A stretch of 62,869 bases of DNA, filler included, from Octopus bimaculoides (lineage: Eukaryota): assembly GCF_001194135.2 (NCBI RefSeq). It is 3 parts of 3 records of this genome, joined end to end, with 100 filler letters (N's around TTAATTAATTAA, not from the genome) between each part and the next. Parts side by side here need not be neighbours in the genome. Positions count along the whole stretch, not along the records: positions 41,805 to 62,869 come from NC_068981.1; 2 more parts are not named here. One strand, given 5' to 3'. Below the pieces are notes generated by a model that was given only the letters and a program-made list of their open reading frames with translations, was not told the origin of the DNA and searched no databases. Each line of letters opens with the position of its first letter. The first letter of the stretch is position 1. Both the position numbers and the translations under genes were made by a program. This document shows positions 62,653-62,869 of this stretch, piece after piece.

Positions 62653-62842
62653 ATGATAGATCGCTAACCACTACACACATTTTTTCTCTCCTTGTTTCTC
62701 TCCTTGTTTCTTTCTGTGTTCCTTTCTGTGGAAGAGCGTAGGCTCGAAACGTTAAAGACTTTTCAATTCCCGAGCGTTGTACTAATACATCTGTTTGTTT
62801 TCTACACCACCTGTCTTCGTGTGTTGTTTTTTTATGAATTCT
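62653..62842 (+). mobile_element. Short interspersed element with variant hammerhead-like fold (copy 2)
   Basis: Fold at 62722-62757: CTTT-CTGTGGA-A-GAGC(gtag)GCTC-GAAA-CG-TT-AAAG. Confidence 0.8.
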
Positions 62843-62869
62843 CTCTCTCTTTCTTTCTCTCTCTCTCTC

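Noticed and set aside
1-62869. Long ORFs in the supplied track (e.g. 25654-26535, 57181-58128, 59773-60810)
   Set aside because: They consist of N-gaps and (CA)/(TA)/(GA) microsatellite translations and are not coding.
1-62869. CRISPR arrays, operons or prokaryotic systems
   Set aside because: No regularly spaced repeat-spacer array and no intact prokaryote-like genes. The DNA looks animal.

Overview
This is repeat-dense, microsatellite-rich eukaryotic DNA with many N gaps. The SINE and LINE families resemble those I know from Octopus or another coleoid cephalopod (inference, not a database result). I see no complete protein-coding gene, and almost every ORF in the supplied track is microsatellite, N-run or transposon debris. 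Supported content: three tRNA-derived SINE families (one with a CORE domain), several RTE-clade LINE copies, an R4/Dong-like LINE fragment, two Penelope-like element (PLE) fragments, a decayed Helitron Rep region, a non-autonomous Helentron-type element, mariner/Tc1, pogo and hAT relics or MITEs, a degenerate 5S rRNA-like relic and several long hairpins. The strongest unexpected signal is a set of minimal type I hammerhead ribozyme (HHR) folds in at least four sequence families. One lies at the apex position of a fold-back element whose complete copy forms a ~420-bp hairpin. Another lies downstream of a tRNA-like Pol III promoter module in a Penelope 3' region. Two artificial TTAATTAATTAA scaffold linkers bracket a 17-kb block that looks CpG-depleted by eye and carries candidate plus-strand microexons. 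All identities and coordinates were read by eye and may be off by a few bases.
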